Source of the DNA: Convolutriloba macropyga
Lineage: Eukaryota
NCBI RefSeq assembly: GCF_964194025.1
Contig: NC_134474.1
Coordinates: 62,434,001 to 62,498,000 of the forward strand
DNA length: 64,000 bases
Direction of reading: 5' to 3'
Shown: positions 1 through 14,288 of the stretch, in pieces
Layout: each line of letters starts with the position of its first letter
Position numbering within the stretch: the first letter of the stretch is position 1
The notes under the pieces: generated by a model
Seen by the model: the letters and a program-made list of their open reading frames with translations, nothing else
What the model was told of the DNA's origin: nothing
The model's database searches: none
Program-made: the position numbers and the translations under genes

Positions 1-3000
1 GAGTTAAACCATCGTTTTTTTGGGTGAAAGTCACAAATGCTAACCGCTAAATTATCTGGGAGAGTAAAGGTAGATTGTCAAGTGTAATTGTATCATCTCG
101 GAGGGAATTGAATAGTGCAAAATTATTGAACTTTTTGGTTGTTATGCTTTTACTCATGAAGTAAAACTTCTCCTGGTGGGAGCTCAATCCGGGCTTTTTG
201 AGCGTGTGCTTAAAAGCATGCCCGATAGAGAACATGGGAGCTGAAATAGTATTTTCGTTTGTGGGAGCTGAATAAGTACTTTCGTTTGTGATCCCCAAAA
301 TATCATCATGGTAAGGAAAAATTTCCCAGACTGGGAGGGAAACCCGGGCCTTTTGGGTAAAAGCCACAAATCACAACCTCTAGACCATCTGGTATAGCAA
401 AGGTAGGTTGACAGGTGTAATTGAATTAACTCGGATGGAAGTTGGGAAGTTGTTTTACAAATAATTAGTTTCTGTTATATTAATCTCTGATTCTGTTTTG
501 ATCTGCTATTGTCATTGAGAAAAATTTTCCCCGACCGGGAGTTGAACCCGGGCCTTGAGGTTGAGAGCCACAAAAAACCTGACCGCTAGTCCAAATGGGA
601 GCTCGAGGAACGATTTTTTGTTTTTGTTCCCTTGAGCTCAGAGAATTTTCTGAGCTTGAAAATGGAGTTCAGGTTTTTTTCTGGTAAGCAGCTTTGCATT
701 TCGATTGAATATGGATATCATCATTTTCAGAAAATAAATTTCCAGACCAGGAGTTGAACCCTGGTTGTTTTGGGTGTAAGCCACAAATCCTAACCGTCTG
801 GTATAGCAAAAGTAGGTCGTCAGGTGTAATTGAATTAACTCAGAGGGAAGTTGAGTTTTACAAATAAGTAGTTTCTGTTGTAATAAACCCTTATTTTGCT
901 GCCATGTTTGTCATGCAAAAATTTTTTTCAGACCGGGATTTGAACCTGGGCCTTGTGCATGCCAGTTGCAAATTCTAATCCCTAGACCATCTGGTATAGC
1001 AAACGTAGGTTGTCAGGTGTAATTGAATTTACTCGGAGGGAAGTTTTACAAATGTTTAGTTTCTGTTGTTTTGAACTCTTATTTTGTTGCCATGTTTTTG
1101 TCTTTATTTTATTTTATTTCAGAAAAATTTTATTTCAGACGGGGAATTGAACTCTCGCCTTGTGGATGAAAGCCACAAATCATGACCGCTAGACTATCTT
1201 GGAGCTGGCGGATTGATTTTTTGCTTTTGTTCTCCTGATCCCAGGGAATGGTTCAGAGCTTGAAAATGGAGTTCAAGTTTTCTTTTTTTCTGGTACGCAG
1301 CGTTGCATTTCGATTGAATATTGATATTATCATTGTAAGAGAAAAAATCCCAGACCAGCATTTGAACCCGGGTTTTGTGTTTGGAAGCCGCTAATCATAA
1401 CCGCAAGTTCCATCTGGGACAGCGCAGGTAGATTGTCAAGTGTAATTGTATCAACTCGGAGGGAAGTTGAGTTGTACAACTGTTTAGTTACTGTTGTATT
1501 GAACTCTTTTTTTTTGTTGTGATGTTTTTGTCACGAGGAATTTTTTTTCCAGACCGGGAGTTGAACAAATCTTGATCGCTAAAACATCTGGGAGCTCGAG
1601 GAAGGATTTATCTTTTGTTCCCATGAGCCCAGAGAATGGTCAGGAGTTCGAAACTGGGGTTCCAGTTTAAATTTTTTCTGTTACGCAGCCTTGCATTTCG
1701 TTCGAATATGCATTTCATCATTATAAATAAAAAAAATTCCCTGACCGCGAGTTGGACCCGGACATTTTTGGTGAAAGTCACAAATTCTAATCTCTATACC
1801 ATCTGGTATAGCAAAGTTAGGTTGACATGTGTAAATGTATTAACTCGGAGGGAAGCGGAATTGTACAAATGTTTAGTTTCTGTTGTATTAAACTCTTATT
1901 TTCTTGCCATTTTTTTGTCATGAGAAAAAACAATTTTCAGACCAGCGTGTGAACCTGGGCCTTGTGGTTGAGCGCCACAAATCCTGACCGCTAGACCATC
2001 TGGTATAGCAAATGTAGTTTGTCAGGTGTAATTGAATTAGTTCAGAGGGAAGTTGAGTTGTACAAATGTTTAGTTACTATTGTATTGAACTGTTATTTTG
2101 TTGCCATGTTTTTGTCATGAAAAAAATTTCTTTCAGACCGGCATTTTAATCTGGGCCTTGTGGGTGAGAGCCACAAAACCTGACCGCTGGAGCATCTGGG
2201 AGCTGGAGGAATGATTTTTCGTTTTTTTCCCATGAGCCCTGAGAATGGTTCAGAGCTTGAAATTGAAGCTCAAGTTTTCATGTTTTCCACGCAGCCTTGC
2301 ATTTCGATTGACTATGCATTTCATCATTGTAAGAAAAAATTTCCTTGAACGCGAGTCGGACCCGGGCATTGATTTGTGGGTGATAGTCACAAATTCTAAC
2401 CTCTATATCATCTGGTATAGCAAAGGTAGGTTGTCAGGTGTAATCGAATCAACTCGGAGGGAAGTTTGGTTTTACAAATAATTAAATTCTGTTGTATTAA
2501 TATCTTATTTTGTTTTGATATGCTATTGTCATGAAGAAACATTTTCCCAGACCGGGAGTTGAAGCCGGGCCTTGTGGGTGAGAGCCACAAAACCTGACGG
2601 CTAGGCCATCTGGGTGCTCGAAGAACGGTTTTCTTTTTTATTCCCATGAGCCCAGAGAATGGTTCATAGATTGAAAATGGAAATCAGGTTTTCTGTTTTT
2701 CTGGTACGGAGCTTTGCATTTCGATTGAATACGGATATCATCATTGAACAGGAGTTAAAATTCCCAGAACAGGAGTTAAACCCTCGTTTTTTTGGGTGAA
2801 AGTCACAAATGCTAACCGCTAAATTATCTGGGAGAGTAAAGGTAGATTGTCAAGTGTAATTGTATCATCTCGGAGGGAATTGAATAGTGCAAAATTATTG
2901 AACTTTTTGGTTGTTATGCTTTTACTCATGAAGTAAAACTTCTCCTGGTGGGAGCTGAATCCGGGCTTTGTGAGCGTGTGCTAAAAGGCTTGCCCGATAG

Positions 3001-6000
3001 AGAACATGGGAGCTGAAATAAGTATTTTCGCTTGTGGGAGCTGAAATAAGTATTTTCGTTTGTGATCCCCAAAATATCATCATGGTAAGGAAAAATTTCC
3101 CCAATAGATTCTCTGCCCAAAATTCTGTCCAATAGATCATCTCAGCGCTGGAAGAAGTTTTTGAGTTTTTGCAGTTTTATACTTGTATGATTGTGTTATG
3201 GTTTTACCCATAAAGTAAAATTTCCCAGGCTGGAGTTGTTGTTGCGAGCTAAAAGTCCTGCCTGCGAGAACATCTGGTATCTAACAGCATGGTTTTCGTT
3301 TGTGATTCCCGACGTGTCGCTGAAGAGAAAACTTCCCAGACCTAGAGTCGAACCCGGGCCTTTTGAGTGAAAGCCAGATATCCTGACCGCTGGACCAACT
3401 GGGAGCGCGAAGATTAATTTTTTGTTTGATTCTATGTCTCAATTTTGAAATTGTGCAAATTTCAAGTTTTATAGTTTTAAACTCTAATTATTGTATTATT
3501 GTGCTTCTATATTATTGTATATTGTGCTTCTTAATCCTGAAGGAAATTTTTCTCAGACCGGGAGTTGAACCCGGTTCTTTGGGTGAGAGCCACAAATCTT
3601 TTTTCTGTATTTTATCTGGGACAGCAAAGGTATATTGTAAAATGTAATTGTATTGACTGGGAGGGATGTTGAATCATGCAAAATACTAGTTTTTGCAGTA
3701 TTAAACTTCTTTGGTTGTTATTTTTTTACTCATGAAGTAAAATTTTCCATGGCGGGAGATGATTATGGGCCTTGACAGCGCGAACCGATAAACCACCTGG
3801 CAGCTGAAATAAGTATTTCGTTTGTGATCCCCGAAAACTTGTGCGTGAAAGACAGAGATCCTTACCGCTAGACCTTAAGTGATAGCCAAGGTAGGTTGCC
3901 GGGTGTAATTGAAATAATTTTCCCTAGACCAGGATTTGAATCCAGACTTTTTGGGTGAAAGCCACAAATCCTAACCTCGCGAACATCTGGGACAGCAACT
4001 GTAGATTGTCAAGTGTAACTGTATCTACTCGGAGGGAAGTTGAATTGTATAAATTTCTAGTTTTTTTCAGTATTGAACTTCTTTTTGCTCTTATGCCTTT
4101 ATTCATGAAGTAAACCTTTCCCTGGTTGGAGTTGAATCCAAGCTTTTTGAGTGCGTGCTAAATTTCCTATCTGATAGACCATCTGGGAGCTGAACTTAAA
4201 TAATTTTTTTTGTTTGTGCTCAACGAAATGACGTTATGATGCGAAAAAATTTCCCTGACCGGGAGTTGAAACCGGACCTTGTGGTTGAAAGCCACAAGTC
4301 CTAACAGCTAGACCATCTGGGATAGAAAAGCTAGATGGTCAAGTGTAATTGTATCAGCTCGGAGGGAAGTTGAATCGTAAAAATTTCTTTTTTTTGAAGT
4401 GCTTAACTACTTTGGTTGTTATGCTTTTACGCAGGAATTAAACTTTTCCAGGCGGGACTTGAATACGGGCCTTGTGAATGCGTGCTGAATTTCCTGTCCG
4501 ATAGACCATCTGGAAATGAAACAAGTATTTTCGTTAATGCTGCCCGAAATGCCGTCATAATAAGAAAATATTTCCTAGACCGGGAGTCGAACGCGTGCCT
4601 CGTGGGTGAAAGCCGCAAATCCTAACCGCTAGACCATCTGCGACAGCAAAGGTAGATTGTAAAGTGTAATTGTATCAACTCGGAGGTATATAGAATCGTA
4701 CAAAGTCTTTGGTTTTTGTAGTATTGAGCTTCTTTGGTTGTTATGCTTTTACTCAAGAAGTAAAATTTCCCTTGGCGGGAGCTAAATCCAGGCTTTGTGA
4801 GTGCATGCTAACAGTCAAGCCCGATAGATCATCTGGGAACTGGAACAAGTATTTTCTTTAATGCTCCCCGGAATGCCGTCATGGTAAAAAATTCCCGGAC
4901 CGGGATTCGAACCCGGTCCTCGTGGGAGAAAGCCACAAATCCTAACCACTAGACCATCTGGGACAGCAAAGGTAGATTGTCAAGTGTAATTGTATCAACT
5001 TGGATGTATATAGAATCGTAAAAAGTTCTAGTTTTTGTAGTATTGAACTTCTTTGGTTGTTATGCTTTCACTCATGAAGTAAAAATTTCCCAGGCGGGAG
5101 TTGAATCCGGGCTTTGTGAATATGTGCTAAACTTCCTGTAAGTTAGACAACCTGGGAGCTGAAAGAATTTTTTTCGTTGGTGATCCTCGAAGCCGTGTGT
5201 GTGAAGGACACAAATCCTTATCGCTAGATCATCTCGGATAGCCCAGGTAGGTTGTCAGATGTTATTGAAAGAAAGTTTTCTGACCAGGAGTCGAACCCTG
5301 GCCTTGTGGTTGAAAGCTTAAAATCCTAACCTCGCGAACATCGACAGCAACTGTAGATTGTCAAGTGTAACTGTATCCACTCGGAGGGAAGTTGAATCGT
5401 ACAAATTTCTAGTTTTGCAGTATTAAACTTCTTTGGTTGTTATCCCTTTACTCATGAAAATAAAAATTTTTCCCAGGCGGCACTTGAATCCAGGCTCTGT
5501 GAGTGCGTGCTAAAAATCCCGCCCGATAGACCATCTGGGAACTGGAACAAGTATTTTCGTTAATGCTCCCAGGAATGCCGTCATGGTAAGACAAAATTTC
5601 CCAGAACGGGATTCGAACCCGCGCCTTGTTGGTGAAAGCCACAAGTCCTAACAGCTAGACCATCTGCGAGAGAAAAGGTAGATTGTCAAGTGTAATTTTA
5701 TCAGCTCGGAGGGAAGTTGAATCGTACAAATTTCTAGTTTTTGGTTGTTTAACTACTTTGGTTGTTATGCTTTTACGCAGGAATTAAACTTTTCCCAGGC
5801 GGGTCTTTTCCCAGGCAGTTTTTTTGTTTGTGCTCCCCGAAATGCCGTCATGGTACAAAAAACTTAGACCTTGTGGGTGAAAGCCACAAAGGATTAACGC
5901 TACCCACAAAGGATTAACGCTAAACCATCTGGGACAGCAACTGTTGGATGTCAAGTGTAATTGTATCAAGTCGGAGGGAAGTTGAATTGTACAAATTTCT

Positions 6001-8125
6001 AGTTATTGCAGTATCAAACTTCTTTGGTTGTTACGCTTTTACGCATGAAATAAAATTTTCCCAGGCACTTGAATCCGGGCCTTGTGAGTGCGTGCTGAAA
6101 TCCCGCTCGATAGACCGTCTGGGAACTGGAAAAACTATTTTCGTTTGTGGTCCCCGAAATGCCGTCATGGTAAAAAAAAATCCCAGACCGGTAGTTGAAC
6201 CCGGGCCTTGTGTTTGAAAGCCACAAATCCTAACCTCTACACCATCTGGGATAGCCAAGGTAGGTTCTCAGGTATAATTCCCAGACCAGAAGTCGAAGCC
6301 GGGCCTTGTGAAAGCCACAAATCCTCACCTCTCGATCATCTGGGACAGCAACTGTAGATTGTCAAGTATGACTGTATCAACTCAGAGGGAAGGTAAATCG
6401 TACAAATTTCTAGTTTTTGCCTTAATAAATTTTTTTGATAGTTATGCTTTTACTCATGAAGTAAAATTTTCCCAGGTCGGTATTGAGTCCGGACCTTGTG
6501 AGTGCCTGCTAAATTTCCTGTCCGATAGACTATCTGGGGGCTGAAGTAAGTTTTGTCGTTTGTGCTCCCCAAAATGCCGTCATGGTAAGACAAATATTCC
6601 CAGGCCGGGATTCGAACCCTGGCCTTGTGTGTGAAAGCCACACATCCTGGCCGCTAGACCATTGAAACAGCAAAGGTAGGTTGTCAAGTGTAGTCGTATC
6701 AACTCGAGGGGAAGTTGAATTGTACAAATTTATAGTTTTTGCAGTATTAAGCTTCTTTGGTTTTTATGCTTCTACTCAAGAAGTAAAATTTTTCCAGGCG
6801 GGAGTTGAGTCCGGGCCTTGTGAGTGCGTTCAAAAATTTCTCTCCGATAGACCATCTGGCAGCTGAAATAAGTTTGTCGTTTGTGCTCCCCAAAATGCCG
6901 TCATGGTAAGACAAATATTCCCAGGCCGGGATTCGAACCCTGGCCTTGTGTGTGAAAGGCACACATCCTGGCCGCTAGACCCTCTCCGACGAGAAGGGTA
7001 GATTGTCAAGTGTAATCGTATCAAAGCCCGAAGGAAGTTGAATCGTACAAATTTCTGGTTTCTTCAGTAATAGTCTTTTTTGGTTGTTATGCTTTTACTC
7101 AGGAAGTAAAATTTTTCCAGCTGGGAGTTGAATCTGGGCCTTGAGTGCCTGCTAATTTTCATGCCCGATAGACCATCTGGGAGCCGGAATAAGTATTTTC
7201 ATTTGTGCCTCCCGAAATGCCGTCATGGTAAGAGAAAGTTTCGCAGTCCGGGATTCGAACCCTAGCCTTGTGAGTGAAAGCCATAAATCCTAACCGCTAG
7301 ACTATCTGGGACAGCAAAGGTAGCTGGTCAAGTGTAATTGTATTTGCTCGAAGGGAAGTTAAATCGTACAAATTTCACTTTTTTGCTGTGTTAAACTTTT
7401 TTGGTTGTTATGCTTTTACGCATGAATGACAATTTTCCCAGGCGGAGTTGAATCCGGGCCTTGTGAGTGCGTGCTAAAAATTGCTGTCTGATAGGCCACC
7501 TGACCTGGGAGCTGAAATAAGTATTTGAGTGTGTGATCCCCGAAGCCTTGTGCGTGAAGGACAAAAATCCTTACCGCTAGACGATATGGGATAGCCAAGG
7601 TAGGTTGTCACGTTTAATTGAAAGAAAATTCCCGGACCGCGAATCGAACCCGGGCTTTGTGGGTGATAGCCACAAATCCTAACCTTGCGAACATCTAGGA
7701 CAACAACTGTAGATTGTCATGTGTAACTGTATCAACTTGGAGGGAAGTTGAATCGTACAAAATTCTAGTTTTTGCAGTATTAAACTTCATTGGTTGTTAT
7801 TCTTCTACTCATGAAGTAAAACTTAATTACGGGCCTTGTGAGTGCATGCTGAGATTACTGTCTGATAGACCATCTGGGAGCTGGTATAAGCTTTTTTGTG
7901 CTCCCCGAAACGCCGTCATGGTAAGAAAAAACTTCTCAGACCGGTAGTCAAACCCTGGCCCTGTGGGTGAAAGCCACAAATCCTGACCGCTAGACCCTCT
8001 GGGTATGAAAGGTAGATTGTCAGGTGTCATCCGGATCAACTCGGAAGGAAGTTGAATTGTACAGTTTTCCCGTTTTTGCATTAATAATATTTTTTGGTTG
8101 TTATGCTTTTACTCATTAAGTAAAA

Positions 8126-10406
8126 CTAGCAGGCCTGCAGAAACATATCACAAGAAAAATCTTTCAACCGAATAGAAGATTTAAAAGAAATTAGGATATG
8201 TGTTTCGTGCCAACTCCGGCTCGAGCCCATATGCCCCTCATTTACCAGGCATAGGTGTTAACGCCTATGCTACCGATGCGTATTTTCCGTTTTTAACCCT
8301 ATGTAAGAGTAAATTTCTGTTAATCGACGTTTTTGGTTTTGCCGAGTTGCATGTTTAAGGAGCGCTAAAACTTGTGCAGATAACGATCTTATATTTGGTG
8401 GCAAAGCGCGTTTATTATCTATTGTCTATTCCTAATTCTGAATCAGCAATTCATGTCAAGGGCTTTTATGGCTCGTCTGTTTTGGCAAGCTTAATGAGCG
8501 CAAAACATCAGCAGACTGGGAGACAAAATATGAAAGAAGAAAGATTAGAAAGAAAAGAAAAACGAAAAAAAAACGAGCGAAAGAAAAAGAAAAAGAAAGT
8601 CAATTAGACTGGAACCCCTGCTTCTCGCTTAAAAGTCATGGATCTTATCCTCTACGCTAATTTTACCGATTGCTCACGCCTATTGAACTTTATAATGCAG
8701 AGAGAGTGAAGGATTAAAGAACGAAAGTAGAACTAACGAATAAACGGAAAGAATTGAAGAACGGAAAAAAAGACAGCCAAATACCAATTGTTTAAATCAA
8801 GTACATGCTTTTCAACCCTTAAGTGGGCTTGAACTCATGCCCCTCGCTTCACAGCCATAGATTTTATCCATTGCGCTACCGACGCCTGTTGCTTTTGTCT
8901 ATTGAACTGATTACATACGCAAAAGGTTATCGTTGGCAATTTTTTCTCACTGGCTTTTCCTAAGCTGCACGCCTAATGAGCAAAAAAAAACATGATCATG
9001 AGCCCGTATCAGGAGCATAGGCATGGTGATGTAGGCTGCATGTTTATGGACCATTTAAACATGAAAATAGGAACGCTGTTAATAATTGCGCTCAATAGCA
9101 ACTTTTGTTCAACATGTTGAGAGGGAGACAATGAAATGCAGAAAGATGAAGGAATGAAGAAGGAAGTACAGGAAAAAGGAAATAAAGAAGGAAATAAATA
9201 AAAAAGAAAACCTAACCCCATTTTTTTAAACGCCACTCTATAATGCATCGTTTTCTGCATCTGCTCGGACTTGACCCATGCTCCTCGATTCACAGCCATA
9301 AGTTAATTCCCTTGCTCTACCGACTACTTGCTTTTGTCTATTGAATTGAATACATACGCAGATGTTTGGTCATTGGCTACTTTTGTCTCGCTGTTTTTTG
9401 CTCAGCTGCATTCTTAATGATCACAAAAAAATGTGCAGATCGAAAGCTTAAGCAGCATGTTTAAGGATCGTTAAAGCACGTGAAGACAAGAGCGCTGTTA
9501 ACTATTCCGCGAAAATGCAATGCAGAAAGAATGAGAGAATAAAGAACGAAAGGAAGATATAGAAAACGATTAAAAGGAAAGAGATGACGAATGGAAGAAA
9601 AAGATATACAAATCCCAAATATTTACCCCAATAAATATTTATCAATTTCCGCTCCTACTCGGGCTGGAACCCATGCCCATCGCTTCACTGTCATAGGTTT
9701 AGTCCCTTGCGCTATCGAAGCTTGTTGTTTTTGTCTACTGAACTGACTACATATGCAAATTGCTGGTCATTGGCTTTTTGTCTCGCTTGTTTTTGTTAAG
9801 CTGCATTCTGAATGATTACAAAAATATTCGCAGATCGGGAGCTTAAGCATGGTGGAGCAGGCTGCATGTTTAAGGATCGTTACAGCGTATCAAGACAGGA
9901 GCGCTGTTAACTATTGCGCCCAAGTGCGATTTACATTTAAAATAATAGACAAATAGATGAAAGGGAGAGATTGAAATGCAGAACGAAATAGGACATATAG
10001 AACGAAAGGAAGATATAGAAAACGATTAAAAGGAAACAGATGAAGAACAGAAGAAAAAGATATCCAAATCCAAGATTTTTACCCCAGTACACTAAGCATC
10101 CATTTCCGCCCTTACTCAGGCTTGAACCCATTCCGATCGCTTCACAGTCATAGGTCTAATCCCTTGCGCTCCCGAAACCTGTTGCTTCTGTCTATACAAC
10201 TTACTACATGCAAAAATTTCTGGTCATCGGCTTTTTGTCTCGCTTGTTTCTGTTAAGCTGCATTCCTAATGAGCACAAAAACTTTTTCAGATCGGGAGCT
10301 TAAGCATGGTGGAGCAGGCTGCATGTTTAAGGATCGTTAAAGCATGTTAAGATAGGACAGCTGTTAACCATTGCGCTCAAATGCGACTTAGATTTAAAAA
10401 TATAGA
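8126..10406 (-). mobile_element. Non-autonomous Helitron (2,281 bp) made of internal tandem units with tRNA-like heads
   Basis: On the minus strand it starts TCTATATT and ends CTGCAGGCCTGCTAG. It is inserted exactly between A and T of the array consensus gaagtaaaa|tttttccaggc with no TSD (A|TC...CTAG|T). Internal ~400-460-bp repeats are present. Confidence 0.8.
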
Positions 10407-10898
10407 TTTTTCCAGGCGGGAGTTGGAACTGGGCCTTGTCTGATAGGCCACCTGGGAGCTGAAATAAGTATTTGCGTTTGTGATCCCCGAAGCCTTGTGC
10501 GTGAAGGACAAAAATCCTTACAGCTAGACCATATGGGATAGCCAAGGTACGTTGTCAGGTTTAATTGAAAGAAAATTCTCGGACCAGGAATCGAACCCGG
10601 GCCTTGTGGGTGATAGCCACAAATCCTAACCTTGCGAACATCTAGGACAGCAACTGTAGATTGTCAAGTGTAACTGTATCAACTTGGAGGGATGTTGAAT
10701 CGTGCAAATTTCTAGTTTTTGCAGTATTAAACTTCATTGGTTGTTATTCTTTTACTCATGAAGTAAAATTTTTCCAGGCAGGAGTTGGATCCGGGCCTTG
10801 TGAGTGCGTGCTAAACTTCCTGTCCTATAGACCATCTGGGAGCTGAAAGAAGTTTTTTCGTCTGTGCTCCACGAAATGCCCTCATAATAAGAAAATAT

Positions 10899-10970
10899 TT
10901 CCCAGACCGGGAGTCGAACCCGGGCCTCGTGGGTGAAAGCCACAAATCCTAACCGCTAGACCATCTGGGA
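10899..10970 (-). tRNA. tRNA-Glu(TTC), intact cloverleaf
   Basis: Reverse complement reads TCCCAGA TG GTCT AGCGGTTA GGAT T TGTGG CT TTC AC CCACG AGGC CCGGG TTCGACT CCCGG TCTGGGA A. All stems pair (with G-U), A and B boxes are intact, and a T-run follows on the minus strand. Confidence 0.8.
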
Positions 10971-13210
10971 CAGCAAAGGTAGACGGTCAAGTGTAATTGT
11001 ATCAACTCGGAGGTATATAGTATCGTACAAATTTTGTAGTATTGAGCTTCTTTGGTTGTTATGCTTTTACTCAAGAAGTAAAATTTCCCCAGGTGGGAGC
11101 TGCATCCAGGCCTTATGACTGCGTGCTAAAAATCCCGCCCGATAGACCATCTGGTAACTGGAACAAGTATTTTCGTTTGTGCTCCCCGAAATGCCGTCTT
11201 GGTAAGACAAAATTTCACAGTCTGGGATTCGAACCCTAGCTTTGTGAGTGGAAGCAACAAACACTAACCGCTAGACTATCTGGGACCGCAAAGGTAGATT
11301 GTGAAGTTTAATTGTATCAACTCCGAGGAAGTTAATTGTACAAATTTCTAGATTTTGCGGTGTTAAACTTCTTTGGTTGTTATGCTTTTACTCATGAAGT
11401 AGTTTGTAATCCCCGAAATGACGTCATGGTAAAAAAATTTTCCCAGAACGGGATTCGAACCCTGGCATTGTGGGTGAAAGCTACAAATCCTAACCGCTAG
11501 ACCATCTGGGACAGCAAAAGTAGATTGTCAAGTGTAAATTTCCGGACCAGGAATCGAATCCGGGCCTTGTGGGTGAAAACCACAAATCCTAAGCGCTATA
11601 CCATCTGGCACAGCAAAGGTAGATTGTCAAGTGTAATTGTATCAACTCGGAGGTATATAGTATCGTACAAATTTCGTAGTATTGAGCTTCTTTGGTTGTT
11701 ATGCTTTTACTCAAGAAGTAAAATTTCCCCAGGTGGGAGCTGCATCCAGGCCTTATGACTGCGTGCTTAAAATCCCGCCCGATAGACCATCTGGTAACTG
11801 GAACAAGTATTTTCGTTTGTGCTCCCCGAAATGCCGTCATGTTAAGACAAAATTTCACAGTCTGGGATTCGAACCCTAGCCTTGTGAGTGGAAGCAACAA
11901 ACACTAACCGCTAGACTATCTGGGACCGCAAAGGTAGATTGTGAAGTTTTATTGTATCAACTCCGAGGAAGTTAATTGTACAAATTTCTAGATTTTGCGG
12001 TGTTAAACTTCTTTGGTTGTTATGCTTTTACTCATGAAGTAGTTTGTAATCCCCGAAATGACGTCATGGTAAAAAAATTTTCCCAGAACGGGATTCGAAC
12101 CCTGGCATTGTGGGTGAAAGCTACAAATCCTAACCGCTAGACCATCTGGGACAGCAAAAGTAGATTGTCAAGTGTAAATTTCCGGACCAGGAATCGAATC
12201 CGGGCCTTGTGGGTGAAAACCACAAATCCTAAGCGCTATACCATCTGGCACAGCAAAGGTAGATTGTCAAGTGTAATTGTATCAACTCGGAGGTATATAG
12301 AATCGTACAAAGTTCTAGTTTTTGTAGTATTGAGCTTATTTGGTTGTTATACTTTTACTCAAGAAGTAAAATTTCCCCAGGTGGGAGCTGAATCCAGGCC
12401 TTATGACTGCGTGCTAAAAATCCCGCCCGATAGACCATCTGGGAACTGGAACAAGTATTTTCGTTAATGCTCCCCGAAATGCCGTCATGGTAAGACATAA
12501 TTTCACAGTCTGGGATTCGAACCCTAGCCTTGTGAGTGGAAGCCACAAACACTAACCGCTAGACTATCTGGGACCGCAAAGGTAGCTGGTCAAGTGTAAT
12601 TGTATCTGCTCGGAGGGAAGTTGAGCCGTACAAATTTTAATTTTTTGCAGTGTTACTTTTTTGGTTGTTAAGCTTTTACGCATGAATGACAATTTTCCCA
12701 GGCGGAGTTGAATCCGGGCCTTGTGAGTGCGTGCTAAAATTGCTGTCTGATAGGCCAGCTGACCTGGGAGCTGAAATAAGTATTTGCATTTGTGATCCCC
12801 GAAGCCTTGTGCGTGAAGGACAAAAATCCTTACCGCTAGACGATATGGGATAGCCAAGGTATGTTGTCAGGTTTAATTGAAAGAAAACTCCCGGACCAGG
12901 AATCGAACCCGGGCTCTGTGGATGATAGCCACAAATCCTAACTTTGCGAACATCTAGGACAGCAACTGTAGATTGACAAGTGTAACTGTATCAACTTGGA
13001 GGGAAGTTGAATCGTACAAATTTCTAGTTTTTGCAGTATTAAACTTCATTGGTTGTTATTCTTTTACTCATGAAGTAAAGTTTTTCCAGGCAGGAGTTGA
13101 ATCCGGGCCTTGTGAGTGCGTGCTAAACTTCCTGTCCTGTAGACCATCTGGGAGCTGAAATAAGTTTTTTCGTTTGTGCTCCACGAAATGCCCTCATAAT
13201 AAGAAAATAT

Positions 13211-13282
13211 TTCCCAGACCGGGAGTCGAACCCGGGCCTCGTGGGTGAAAGCCACAAATCCTAACCGCTAGACCATCTGGGA
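13211..13282 (-). tRNA. tRNA-Glu(TTC), intact, identical to 10899-10970
   Basis: Same 72-nt sequence, 2,312 bp away inside a segmental duplication of the array. Confidence 0.8.
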
Positions 13283-14216
13283 CAGCAAAGGTAGACGGTC
13301 AAGTGTAATTGTATCAACTCGGAGGTATATAGTATCGTACAAATTTTGTAGTATTGAGCTTCTTTGGTTGTTATGCTTTTACTCAAGAAGTAAAATTTCC
13401 CCAGGTGGGAGCTGCATCCAGGCCTTATGACTGCGTGCTAAAAAGCCCGCCCGATAGACCATCTGGGAACTGGAACAAGTATTTTCATTTGTGCTCTCCG
13501 AAATGCCGTCATGGTAAGACAAAATTTCACAGTCTGGGATTCGAACCCTAGCCTTGTGAGTGGAAGCAACAAACACTAACCGCTGGACTATCTGGGACCG
13601 CAAAGGTAGTTGGTCAAGTGTAATTGTATCTGCTCGGAGGGAAGTTGAACCGTACAAATTTTAATTTTTTGCAGTGTTAAACTTTTTTGGTTGTTATGCT
13701 TTTACGCATGAATGACAATTTTCCCAGGCGGAGTTGAATCCGGGTCTTGTGAGTGCGTGCTAAAATTGCTGTCTGATAGGCCAGCTGACCTGGGAGCTGA
13801 AATAAGTATTTGCATTTGTGATCCCCGAAGCGTTGTGCGTGAAGGACAAAAATCCTTACCGCTAGACGATATGGGATAGCCAAGGTATGTTGTCAGGTTT
13901 AATTGAAAGAAAACTCCCGGACCAGCAATCGAACCCGGGCTCTGTGGGTGATAGCCACATATCCTAACCTTGCCAACATCTAGGACAGCAACCGTAGATT
14001 GTCATGTGCAACTGTATCAACTTGGAGGGAAGTTGAATCGTACAAATTTCTAGTTTTTGCAATATTAAACTTCATTGGTTGTTATTCTTTTACTCATGAA
14101 GTAAAACTTAATTACGGGCCTTGTGACTGCATTCTGAGATTACTGTCCGATAGACCATCTGGGAGCTGATATAAGTTTTTTCTGCTCCCCGAAATGCCGT
14201 CATAATAAGAAAATAT

Positions 14217-14288
14217 TTCCCACACCGGGAGTCGAACCCGGGCCTCGTGGGTGAAAGCCACAAATCCTAACCGCTAGACCATCTGGGA
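14217..14288 (-). pseudogene. tRNA-Glu(TTC) copy with one acceptor-stem mismatch
   Basis: As 10899-10970, but tcccaca replaces tcccaga on + (G:G mismatch in the acceptor stem). Confidence 0.6.
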
